This document shows positions 52,389 to 64,000 of a stretch of DNA of 64,000 nt, one piece after another. The notes under the pieces are model-generated. The model was not told the origin of the DNA. It ran no database searches and worked only from the letters and a program-made list of their open reading frames with translations. This stretch comes from the human T2T-CHM13v2.0 reference genome, Homo sapiens. How positions within the stretch are numbered: the stretch's first letter is position 1; the number at the start of each line of letters is the position of its first letter. The position numbers were made by a program, and so were the translations under genes. Location of the stretch: assembly GCF_009914755.1 (NCBI RefSeq), contig NC_060936.1, one strand, 5' to 3'.

Positions 52389-53070
52389 GGCTGGCAAGGC
52401 TGCGGAGAAATAGAAATGCTTTTACACTGTTGGTGGGAGTGTAAATTAGTTCCACCATTGTGGGAGACAGTGTGGCAATTCCTCGAAGATCTAGAGACAG
52501 AAATACCATTTGACCCAGCAATCTCATTACTGGGTATATATCCAGAGGAATATAAATCATTCTATTATAAAGATACATGCATGTGTATGTTCATTGCAGC
52601 ACTATTCACAATAGCAAAGACAGAATGAACCCAAATGCCCATCAATGATAGACTGGATAAAGCAAATGTGGTACATATACACCATAGAACACTATGCAGC
52701 CATAAAATGGAATGAGATCATGTCTTTTGCAGGGCCATGGATGGAGCTGGGAGACATTATCCTCAGCAAACTCACGCAAGAACAGAAAACTAAACACCTC
52801 ATGTTCTCACTTCTAAGTGGGAGCTGAACAATTAGAACACCTGGACACAGGGAGGGGAACAGGGGAACAACATACACCTGGGGCCTGTTGGGGAGGGGGA
52901 GGGAGAGCATCAGGATAGCTAATGCATGTGGGGCTTAATACCTAGGTGATGAGTTTATCTTTGCAGCAAACCACCATGGCACACATTTACCTATGTAACA
53001 AACCTGCACATCCTGCACATGTATCCCAGAACTTAATAAAATAAAATGAAATTGAAAAATAAATAAATAC
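52389..53070 (+). mobile_element. L1PA (older, ~PA10-13-like) 3' fragment
   Basis: ORF2 C-terminus (HCWWECKLV...EIPFDPAISLLGIYP), 3'UTR and A tail; flanked by 'atacagcaaa'. Confidence 0.95.
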
Positions 53071-53239
53071 ATGCATACAGCAAAAGAAGTTTAGGAAGTC
53101 CTAGGAGACCAAGGAAGTCAGCAGGGCACAGAGCAATAGATGTGGAGAGACAATGAGAGACAAAAACAAAGAAAGGATAAAGAAAAAAGAAAGGGCATGG
53201 GGAGAGAAGAAAAGGGCGTAGGGGAACAGTGAGTTACAA

Positions 53240-53264
53240 ACACATACACATGCACACATACACG

Positions 53265-53310
<46 letters not shown>
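53240..53310. repeat. (CA)n microsatellite
   Basis: About 21 pure CA units at the 3' end. Confidence 0.97.
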
Positions 53311-53311
<1 letters not shown>

Positions 53312-53366
53312 GTCTTGGGCATCTCCTGATGCCCTTGAGGACCCACTGGCTAGACAATCCCTGGAC

Positions 53367-53668
53367 TTTTGTTTTTTGTTTTTTGAGACGGAGTTTTGCT
53401 CTTGTTGCCCAGGCTGGAGTGCAATGGCGCGATCTCAGCTCACCACAACCTCCGCCTTCCGGTTTTCAAGTGATTCTCCTGCCTCAACCTCCCAAGTAGC
53501 TGGGATTACAGCTGCCCACCACCACACCCAGCTAATTTTGTATTTTTTAGAAGCGATGGGGTTTCTCCATGTTGGTCAGGCTGGTCTCGAACTCCTGACC
53601 TCAGGTAATCCACCCGCCTCGGCCTCCCGAAGTGCTGGGATTATAGGCCTGAGCCACTGCACCCTGCC
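53367..53668 (-). mobile_element. AluSp-like
   Basis: 'ctcttgttgcccagg', 'gtttctccatgttggtcaggctgg'. Confidence 0.95.
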
Positions 53669-54359
53669 TATTTCCTGTACTTCTAACACTAGGGTGGCAC
53701 CAGGACCCAGCCACCCTCCAGGCTATTTTCCAGCCCAGGAAGACTTTCTATGTCAGTGGTGCTAGTCCCTCCCCAAGCCTTCTGGTGACAGCGGCGGCCC
53801 CTAGGTGCAGCTCTTGCCCTTAGATGCAGCTCCTGGTGGGTACCTTGGGAGATGTGGAGGGCGGGCTTGGGCAGGTACAGACAGTAGCATTTCAGAGCTG
53901 CACAGGCCCAGAGTTTTTATTAAAGCTAATCCTCTTCCTTTCACAGATGGGGAGACAGGACTCCAGGGAGGAGAATGGAGTCAGAAGCAGAGCTTCCTAA
54001 GCCACATGTCCTGCCTCCCAGAGCCCCCACAGCAAGCTGTTGGTACAGTGCCATGCCATGGTTATGGGCACAAGCTTTAGACCCAAACAGACCCAGCTGT
54101 GTAGACTTGGCCAAGTCCTTTAGCCTCCCTGAGCCTCATTTTCTGCAAAATGTGGATTGAGACAATTCCTAGGTCATAGGGCTGCTGGGAGGAACCAGGG
54201 AGATAAAAATATATGGAAAATATCTAGAAAAAAAAGCCTGGCACATACAAAGTGCTTGATATATTATGATTTTTACTATTAATAAAAGAAGGCACCTGAG
54301 ACCCCCAACAGAGTTGTAGGGGGTTTCTCCTCAGCCAAAATTTGAGAAGGGCAATGGGG

Positions 54360-54600
54360 GCATAGTGGGTATGAATGTGAACTCTATGCATCAGAATGCC
54401 TGGGTTTGGTTCCCAGCTCTGCCACTGAGTGACCTTGAACAAGTTAATTACTTTGCTGTGCCTCAGTTTCTTCAACTGTGAAATGCAGCTAATTCCTACC
54501 TCATTGGATTGTTCACGAGAATCAATTAATACAAGTACTTAGAACAGGGTCTGACCCGTAGAAGGTGTTAGAGACATGGTAGCTCTCATTGTTAGTATCA
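54360..54600 (+). mobile_element. MIR
   Basis: 'gtgaccttgaacaagttaatta...gtgcctcagtttcttcaactgtgaaatg'. Confidence 0.8.
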
Positions 54601-55251
54601 TCGCTGGGCTCAGCTATACGGATGTGGGGACTGAGATCCAAAAGGTGGACACACCCACAGTCACATGCAGTTAGTGCAAAGCTGGGATTTGAACCCAGAT
54701 ATGCTTGCAGGCTCAAGACTTCCCAAGACTCCAGAATCCCTGTTCAGAAATCTTTCCACATTGCCACGCTTTCCAAAGAGGAAGACCCACCCCCGCCCCT
54801 TCCTCACAGCCAGCAACACATGTCTTGTTCCTTCTGACTTAAATTTTAACAGTATCTTTGATGAAAACGCCTCCCTTCCATAAGGAGAAAGGGCAGAGTG
54901 TGTTATAATCAAGACTTAGGAACTCCCAGGGCTTTGTCTCTGCCCCCTATGCCCCACATTCCCCTTCCCCCACTCCCCCGCTCCCCCCCGCCCCAAAACA
55001 CTCACAGAGACACACCCTGCTTCTCCGTCTTTGGTCTGTGATTACAGAAGCCAACTCCATGTGGCTGGTGGTAATCGGTTGGGAACCCTGGCTAGATTTG
55101 TCTCTAATGCCGATTCCAGGGACCTGTAATTTTCATCAGCACCGTGTGACTTTTTATGGAACCGTAAGATGCATGGCACAGCTAATGAGCTGTAATTCTG
55201 AAGAGCTTCTGCCTTGATTGGGACTAATTATTTTTATAAAGAAAATAATTA

Positions 55252-55565
<314 letters not shown>

Positions 55566-56265
55566 ATTATTATTATTAACAATCCCAGCGACCCACTGAT
55601 GGGGAAAGGAGGCGTGCTTTGGGCACCATTATATCCCAGGGCTGGTTTTCAGAACCTCTTGATCTCTTCTCAGCCTGGGACTGAGCAGAGTGAAGGGGAG
55701 CAGTGGTCCTATCTTCACCCTCATCAAAGAGCTTTTGCAGTGGGCCCCTGGGAGCAGGAGGAGGAAAGTCCAAGTCTGACCTCAGCCAAGAAAAAGAGAT
55801 CTCTTGGCCTCTATCCACATGAAACTCACCCAGAGAATCCGGGAGCTAGAAGGGACTCTGGAGCTCTGAAATAAGTCTGGCAGTCTGGGTTTGGATTCCA
55901 ACTATCTAACCTTAACATCTCTGCATTTTGGGTTGTTAGTGGGCCCTGGAAGGATTTTGTATGGATTAAATGAGACAACCTGTGAAAGAAACATCTAGAG
56001 CTTAATGGAGACATCTCATAAATAATTTTTATACATGATTCACAGTTCAACATCATCAAAAATGCCCAGAGGAGGGAGAGCATTTAACTAAGGACACACA
56101 GTTGGCAGCAAAACCAGAATCAGAACCCAGGTCTTTCCAGGCCTCTCTGTTGCTGTTTTGTGTTTGTATGTTTGCTTCTAATTTCACCATGGTGAACTCT
56201 CCATTATCCAATCTCTCTGAAACATCCTGAACACTGATGATATGGCCCTTATTTAGTCTGAATTA

Positions 56266-56588
<323 letters not shown>

Positions 56589-56735
56589 CTACACCATTTC
56601 TTTGCTGGATAATCTTGGGAAAATCTCTGAAACTATGCCCAGTTTCCTTATCTTTAGAATAGAAACAATAATGAAATTTACCACAAATTTTATAAGATGA
56701 TGAGCATAAAGTGACATTTAACAAGCATGTACATT

Positions 56736-57456
56736 TGTCAGCTAATGCCACAATAATGCTGTGTAACAAACCACATCCAAACTCAATGTTCTAAAAGATT
56801 AATCATTTCTTTTATTATTAACTTTAAAATTTTTTTTTAATTTCAATAGGTTTTTGGGGAACAGGTGGTGCTTGGTTCCATAAATAAGTTCTTTAGTAGT
56901 GATTTCCGAGATTTTGGTGCACCCATCACTGGAGCAGTGTACACTGTACCCAATGTGTAGTCTTTTATCCCTCACCCTCCTCCCACCCTTTTTCCCCAAG
57001 TCCCCAAAGTCCATTGAATCATTCTTATCCCTTTGTGTCCTCATAGTTAAGCTCGCATTTGTGAGTTAAAACATTAATCATTTATTCTCACTTGTGCAAC
57101 TGCAGTTAGTTTATCAATGCTGAGCCCAGCTGGGCTTGGGTTTAGATCTGTTTCACATGCACTCATTTCCCTGGACCAGTGGTCACCTGGACAAGTTCCA
57201 ACGTGATGGTAGAAGTGCAAGAGAGGCAAGTGGGAAAACACAATCTTTCTTAAGGCCTAAGCCTGGAGCTGGTACACTGTCATTCTTTCCCTACTCCATT
57301 GGCTGGAGCAGGTCACATGATCAACCCCAATACTGATAGGTGGACAAATAAGCCCACCCCTAGTAGGAAGAACTGCAAAGTCATATGACAAAGGGCATGG
57401 AAGACACATGACAAGGAAGCAGAACAGAGAACCATAATGCAACCTGCTACAATACA
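56736..57456 (-). mobile_element. Old MLT1 LTR interrupted by L1PB
   Basis: 'aataatgctgtgtaacaaaccac', 'ccattggctggagcaggtcacatg', 'aactgcaaagtcatatgacaaagggcatgg'. Confidence 0.75.
56810..57070 (-). mobile_element. L1PB 3' end
   Basis: 'ggtttttggggaacaggtggtg...ttttggtgcacccatcac'; TSD 'attaatcattt'. Confidence 0.88.
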
Positions 57457-57597
57457 CAATCGATGCTAGCAGTTCTTATAAGAGACAAATGTTGCAATTC
57501 TAGATCTTGAGATATAATTCTGCCTTCTGTGTGCATGTTACTTTGCAGTTTTCAGAGTTTCACTGTCTCAAATATTCTTTTATGTTGCCCCCACTGC

Positions 57598-57671
57598 AAC
57601 CCTGTGAAACAAGAATTAGAACCCCTGTTTTACAAACCCTGTGAAACAAGAATTAGAACCCCTATTTTACA
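57598..57671. repeat. Tandem duplication, 2 x 37 bp, within a MIR
   Basis: 'aaccctgtgaaacaagaattagaacccct(g/a)ttttaca'. Confidence 0.95.
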
Positions 57672-58144
57672 GTGGGGACACTGGATCTCAGGGTGATAAT
57701 GCAGCTTGCCCCAGACCGCAGCTGGAGAGGGCGGTAAAGCCAAGACCCAGCTCTGGGTCTCCCTAACCCAGTCCCAAATCAGGGGTGAGCCCATGAGTGC
57801 ACATGAAGGGAAATAATTCCCAGTGGCCTTTACCTTTCTTCTTTTTCCTAAAATCAAATCATCAAGACATATTTAGCGAGCCCATGTGATGGAGGTGAAG
57901 GAGCTAGATAACACACTAAGAATAAACATGAATTGTGAGCTCTGGGAGATATTCTCATCACTTGCCTGGGATACAGTTTTCCAAGTCCCTCCTAGTGTTT
58001 AAGAGCATGGGGAACCTGAGGCAGGGAAAATCGGGTTCAAATCCTGCCACCAGCTCCCATTCTTTCTTTACACCTGGACGTTTGAATTCTCTGAGCCTTG
58101 GTCTCCTTACCTGTAAAATAAGGATAATAATAATAGCAATTGCG

Positions 58145-58435
58145 GGCTGGGTGCAGTGGCCTGTAATCCCAGCACTTTGGGAGGCCGAGGTGGGCTGATC
58201 ACTTGAGGTCAGGAGTTCAAGAGCAGCCTGGCCAACATGGAGAAACCCTTTCTCTACTAAAAATACAAAAATTAGTCTGGCATGGTAGCACTTGCCTATA
58301 GTCCGAGTACTCAGGAGGCTGAGGCAGGAGAATCACTTGAACCCAGGAGGCAGAGGCTGCAGTGAGCTGAGATCACACCACTGTGCTCCAGCCTGGGCAA
58401 CAGAGTGAGACTCTGTCTCAATAACAATAATAACA
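58145..58435 (+). mobile_element. AluS inserted in a MIR
   Basis: Full Alu; TSD 'aataa(t/c)agcaattgc'. Confidence 0.95.
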
Positions 58436-58464
58436 GCAATTGCATCAAGAAGTTGTGAGGACAG

Positions 58465-59070
58465 ATTCATTCATTCAAGACATCTTTATTGGATACCTAC
58501 TGTGTGCCAGACACTGTTCTAGGTGCTAGAGATGTAGCAATAAATACAGGAAAGCCTTTGCCCTTACGAAGCTTAAATTTTTGTGGAAGAAGACCGGCTA
58601 TAGACAGATACACAAGTAAATACACAGTGTGAAGGAGAAAAATGACACGTGGTAAGGGGGATAGGAAAAGCGTGGCATTGGACAGGTGTCCCAGGTTGTT
58701 TTTTACATCTGGTGTTTAAGAATCTCACTCATGAAGTCACACTTGGGCAAAGAGTCAAAAGAAGTGTGGAAACAATCCAGGAGACATCTGGGCAAAGTGT
58801 ATCCCAGGCACATACAAAAGCTAGTGGTGGGTGTATACTTGGCCAGTGTCATTGGAGCAATTTGAGAGAAGAGGAAAGTGATAAAATGAAATTAGAGAAA
58901 TAACAGGGAGCCAATTTGTATGGCAACTTTTTTCGTTATTAGCAGGACTTGGCTTTATAATATGAGTGAGATAGGAAGCCTCGGTTTGAGAAGAGGACTG
59001 ACATAATCTGACTTCCATTTGAAAGGATCACTCTGGCTATGGGGCAGAGAGTAGCTTTAAGGGAACTAGG
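58465..59070 (-). mobile_element. L2 fragment
   Basis: 'ttcattcattcaa...cctactgtgtgccagacactgttctaggtgct', 'aaggatcactctggcta'. Confidence 0.75.
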
Positions 59071-59127
59071 GTACAAATTTAATGAGATAATGCATGTGGA
59101 GCTCTTAATACGGAGTCTGATCAGTAG

Positions 59128-59526
59128 TGTATCAGTTTTCTAGAACTACCATGACAAAATGCCACAGACTGAGTGTCTTAAACAGTAATAATTTATTTTC
59201 TCATTGTTTTGAAGGCTGGAAGTTCAAGATCAAGGTGTCAGCAGGTTTGGTTTCTTCTGAGGTCTCTCTCTTTGGCTTACAGATGGCTGCCTCACTCTAG
59301 GTCTTTACATCATCTTCTTTTTATACATATCTGTGTCCTAACCTCCTACTGGATTAGGGCCCACCCATAGGACCTCATTATACCTTAATTACCGTTTAAA
59401 AGGTCCCATTTTCAAACGCAATCACATTTTAAAAGGTCCTATTTTCAAATGCAATCACATTCTGAGGTACTGAGGGTTAGGACTTCAATATATGAATTTT
59501 GGAGAGACACAATTCAGCCTCAAACA
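59128..59526 (-). mobile_element. MLT1A-like solo LTR with internal 33-bp duplication
   Basis: 'ggctggaagttcaagatcaaggtgtcagcagg', 'cacattctgaggtactgagggttaggacttcaa'. Confidence 0.88.
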
Positions 59527-60272
59527 AGTAGTAATCTAATTATTATTGTCATTATTGTCTTTATGCTTCATCTAGGAGCTCTCTTGTCTGGGCCAATCGT
59601 GCACTCTTCATACCTGAGCAATACCTCCAGGACGGTGACAGCAACCCTCTCCCACAATCTTTAGTCAACAATTATTTATTAAGCACATACTCTGTGCCAG
59701 GTACTGAGAAAGGACAGCAAGGACACTCACTTGTTCTAGGCATAACATGGTTTTCAACACCTTCACCATCTTTAACAGAGTTCTGGATCTGTTCTGGATT
59801 TGTTTGATCTCCTTTCAAGAAGTAGTTGTGATCACCTACATGTGCCAGGTTCTAGTGATGATAATGATGAACAAGACAGGGCTCTGCTTTCAAGGGCCTC
59901 TTGGGGATTTTGCTCAGCATAGCTAATCGCATAAACAAATTCATCCTGATGCATCAGTAGGTGTTCATAAATTTTCCTCTTGAGGTAATACGTGTGCTTT
60001 TAGAGACCTTGCAGTTCAATGGGGTGCATATGGTGGAACTTGCAGCAGAGTGTAAGACCTTTAGGGGAGTTATCTTTTGTCATGAAAGCTCAAAGCACAC
60101 ATTGCCTTGTATCCTAGCTTACTTTTTAGTATCTAACAGTTTGGTAAGAACAAGAGCCATGTCTGCCATTTTCCACTATATATCCAGTGTGTGACATCTT
60201 GGTTGGCACCTAACAGGTATTCAACAAATATTTGTTGACTGAATAGATAGACCTCAAACTATGTTATCTAGA

Positions 60273-60500
60273 ACTGTACTGTCCAATATGGTAGCCACTA
60301 GCCATCTGTGGCTATTTATAAATTAAAAGTTTATTATTAAATGTACTATTTATTTAATATTAATTTATTATTAAAATTAAAAATTAATTTTCTAAGTCAC
60401 CCTAGCCACATCCCAAGTGCTCAGTAGCCACCTGTGGCTCCCATATTGGACAGAGAGATACAAGATGTAGACCATCTCTGTCATCATAGAAAGGTTGCAG
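60273..60500. mobile_element. MER3/MER33-type hAT element
   Basis: 'ctgtccaatatggtagccactagcca...catattggacag'. Confidence 0.8.
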
Positions 60501-60508
60501 AGCCAGAA

Positions 60509-60690
60509 CAGTGGTTCTCAATCAGGAGCAATTTTTTCCTCCAAGAGAATTTGGTAGTGGTTGGAGGTGTTTTTGGTTGTCACAACTGAGGGATTGCTAC
60601 TGGTGTCTGTTGGATGGAAGCTAGGGATGCTACTAAACATCTACAGTGCAGAGGACAGACCCCCAGTAGTGTCATGGTTGGAAAACCATG
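60509..60690 (-). mobile_element. MER20
   Basis: 'cagtggttctcaa...tttttggttgtcacaactg...gggatgctactaaacatc'. Confidence 0.85.
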
Positions 60691-61059
60691 TTGTAGGTTA
60701 TCAGCCTCCAGGAGAGCCCAAAGATTTCTACCTGAAGCAATGTGCATTTACATAAGATTGTGATGCTGTTGTGTGGGTGACAGCTCACATATTTACAACA
60801 CTCAACAGTTCACAAAGTTGAGCCATCCAATGTAATCCTCCCAACACTGGGAGAAAAGTAAACTCCTACTCTACTGGGGGAAAAAAGCAAGGCTCAGAGA
60901 TGTGTCTTAGAAGGTGCTGAAATGGAACCCAAGCATGCAAGTTACAGGGAAGCTGCTTTTTTTCTTAGTTAAGGAAGATTTTTTCCAAATATTAGAGGTT
61001 TCTGAAAGTGGAGGGAATGAATCTTCTCTTATTGAAAGTACCCTAAGATTACTCCATGG

Positions 61060-61340
61060 GGCTGTATTTCTCAAAGTACCCACTAGACTACAGAAGAAAA
61101 TTTGATGACCCCAAATTTCTAAGAAAGACTACACAATACTTTCCCTTCCTTGGCCTTCACGTTGCACTGAACATATTAAAGGCACTGATAAGTCCTGCAG
61201 CAACAAAGTCTGGTTTTTTTTGTTTAATCTCTTGTTTCTTTTGAGTACACAATCCCATCCCCACTCCATCTTAGAGGAGCAAGCAACGATTAACGTATGG
61301 TAGAACTGATGTTTGGTGGAGCACATTTTGGTGAATGCTG
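61060..61340. mobile_element. Possible hAT-Charlie remnant
   Basis: 'tatttctcaaagt', 'ataagtcctgcagcaa', 'cacattttggtgaatgctg'. Confidence 0.4.
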
Positions 61341-61935
61341 CTTTACAGCATCGTCAAACATGATAGGTAATATCAAACAATCTTTCTGTCTTCTGGGCCC
61401 ATCTGCACTTCTATTACTACCTAGGTAACCATGGGCAAGTTTTGGTATTTGGTGAGAAACATTTAGAATGTCTGGATTTGAGCTAAATGACTTACCAGTG
61501 GCCACACAGCTAGAGTGTTCCATTTTAGAGCTTGGCTGGCATTTATTTATCATTTTCCTCTTTCTGCCTCTCGGGAGTCTATTTGGATCAGTATGAAGTC
61601 TTTCTCCTCAAGAGGCTGAATCAGATGCAATGCGCCCAATTCATCTGCTTGATGCCACACTCCCAAGGGGAATTACATCACCTGCTGTGTTTAGAATAAT
61701 CACCGTGGCAACTGTGGCTGCTCTCGTGGATGTGGACTGTTCCCATGTAGCAGTGATGGGTGCTGGCTCATACGAAAGAGAGGGACAGGTAGTGAGTTTC
61801 CACTGCTAAGGACCCTTAGGTTTCATGTATGTCTCTCTGGTGATAACTGGGTGTGTGGATATGTCAACATCCAATTTAGTGTTTCCAAGACTCACCTGGG
61901 AAAGAGATGTATAAAATGTAAACTTTCTTTTATAG

Positions 61936-62324
<389 letters not shown>

Positions 62325-63243
62325 TAAGATGTTTAACTGTTGAGAGACAGAGAGGACGTGGTGTGGCATAGGAAAGGAAGGTCCTTCGGTAATAAATAAA
62401 TTGGAGATTGGAGTGCTATGTTTTTCAAATTTCTGTACCCAAATTATTATTTGCCTGAGAGATTTGAGGTGGCTGCATAGAAGCAGAATGAAATTTCATG
62501 GAATCTCATGGTGAGAAAGTGATTGTACTTTCAATTCACTTTCTCTCCTTCCAATTGTCAGAGAGTTGTCTCAGTTTGGGGCTACTATGTTTTTAACACC
62601 TCTCAACACTTGCTAATCTTCCCTTTTTTTAACAAAAGAAGGAGCAGGTGTCAGGCTCAGAGCCTGGGGCGAGTAGCAGTGTATAGCTGGAATTTAATAA
62701 TGTTCTCTTGTTTTCATTTGTATCTATTTTAAGGCCTTCCTCTATTTATAAACAGGACACTTATTTTCCATTTACAATTGTAATATGAAGTTTCCTTTTT
62801 AATTGCATGTATCAAGTTAAAAAGTAAGCCAATTGCAAAAATAATAATAAGCAAATAATAGTATAGGAAACACATGCATAAATGGACAGCAATCATTATT
62901 AGTCTTGTGTGGGCAGCTGAGGCTTAAGAAACATTCTATGGGAGACGTGGCTTAGGAGGAAGGAAACCTAGGTTAAGAGCCAGCTCCATCATGCACTGTG
63001 TTGCCTTGAGAAAGGTTTGTGACTCTCTGTTTTGGTGTCAATTAAACGCAGATAATAAATTTCCTATCTTATCACATAGTCAATGTGAAATAATTATATA
63101 AAGCACATAGTAGGGACTCAACAAGTGGAAACACCTGCTGTGCGTATTTTGTGACTAACATACCAATTTGCACACGTGGCATCTCTAAGGGTCCCACGTT
63201 TGGGGTAAAACAACCTTCCTTGTGATCAAAATCCCAACAGTAG

Positions 63244-63780
63244 TTTTTTTTTTTTAATTTTGTGGGTATGTAGTAGGAGTATATGTTTATGAGATATTTT
63301 GACACAGGCATGCAAAGTGTAATTATCACATCATGGAGAATGCAGTATCCATCCCCTTAAGCATTTATGCTTTGTGTTACAGACAATCCAATTATACTCT
63401 TTTATTTTAAAATGTACCATTAGGTTAATATTGGCTATAGTCACCCCATTGTGCTGTCAAATAGTAGATCTTATTCATTCTTTCTATTTTCTTTACCCAT
63501 AAACCATCCGCACCTCCCCGCTACCAACCTCCCCACTACCTTTCCCATCTGCTGGTAACCATCCTTCTACTCTCTATGTCCATGAGTTCAATTGTGTTTA
63601 TTTTTAGATTCCACAAACAAGTGAGAACATGCAGTTTGTCTTTCTGTGCCTGGCTTATTTCACTTAACGTAATGATCTCCAGTTCCATTTATGTTGTTGC
63701 AAATGATGGGATCTCATTCTTTTTATGGCTTAATAGTATTCCTTTGTGTATATGTACCACGTTTTATTTATCCATCCATG
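63244..63780 (-). mobile_element. L1MA 3' end
   Basis: 'ttttgacacaggcatgcaa...tgtgttacagacaatccaattatactc...ctggtaaccatccttctactctct'. Confidence 0.9.
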
Positions 63781-63784
63781 TAAC

Positions 63785-64000
63785 AGTAACACTTTTTGAG
63801 CACTCACTGTGCCAGATGCTGTTATAATCCTTAGATATGTATATTATCTCATTTAACATCCTCAGTGATTCAGTGAGGTGGGGAATATTATTATCCTACT
63901 TCACAGTTGAGGCACAGGGAAGTAGGGTAACTTACCAAAATCAAACAACTAGAAAGTGGAAAAGGCAGAACTCAAATTCAATCAGCCTAATTCCAGTGTG
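63785..64000 (-). mobile_element. MIR
   Basis: 'tctcatttaacatcctca...attattatcctacttcacagttgaggcacag'. Confidence 0.75.

Noticed and set aside
51798-52397. Overlapping 199-, 117- and 109-aa ORFs
   Set aside because: Stop-poor polypurine tract artefact.
52416-52827. ORFs resembling a real protein
   Set aside because: Broken L1 ORF2 C-terminus of a truncated L1PA; the same applies to 31122-31537 and 49909-50121.
53229-53765. 178-aa ORF
   Set aside because: (CA)n plus antisense Alu translation.

Overview
Primate genomic DNA, most likely human: AluY, AluS and AluJ, L1PA/PB/MA/ME, L2, MIR, THE1, MLT1, MER5A and MER20 are all recognisable. The window looks intronic or intergenic and starts at an EcoRI site, which may be a clone end. 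I find no supportable protein-coding exon; the listed ORFs are repeat-derived, low-complexity or chance. Recognisable non-transposon content is a full-length 7SL RNA processed pseudogene with TSDs (3355-3690), a CpG-retaining element rich in homeodomain and E-box motifs (~18170-18840) preceded by a perfect 3x42-bp GATA-bearing tandem repeat, a strong CTCF-like motif (30418-30436) and several homeodomain-motif clusters. The most unusual structure is a cluster of apparent templated-repair scars at 23.1-25.4 kb: a 184-bp piece of old L1M copied into an L2 about 1.95 kb away without TSD or poly(A), a fold-back plus direct-repeat scar, and two perfect hairpins. I cannot support a wholly new biological system or name the locus. 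Repeat subfamily calls come from recalled consensus sequences, and the boundaries of old repeats are approximate.
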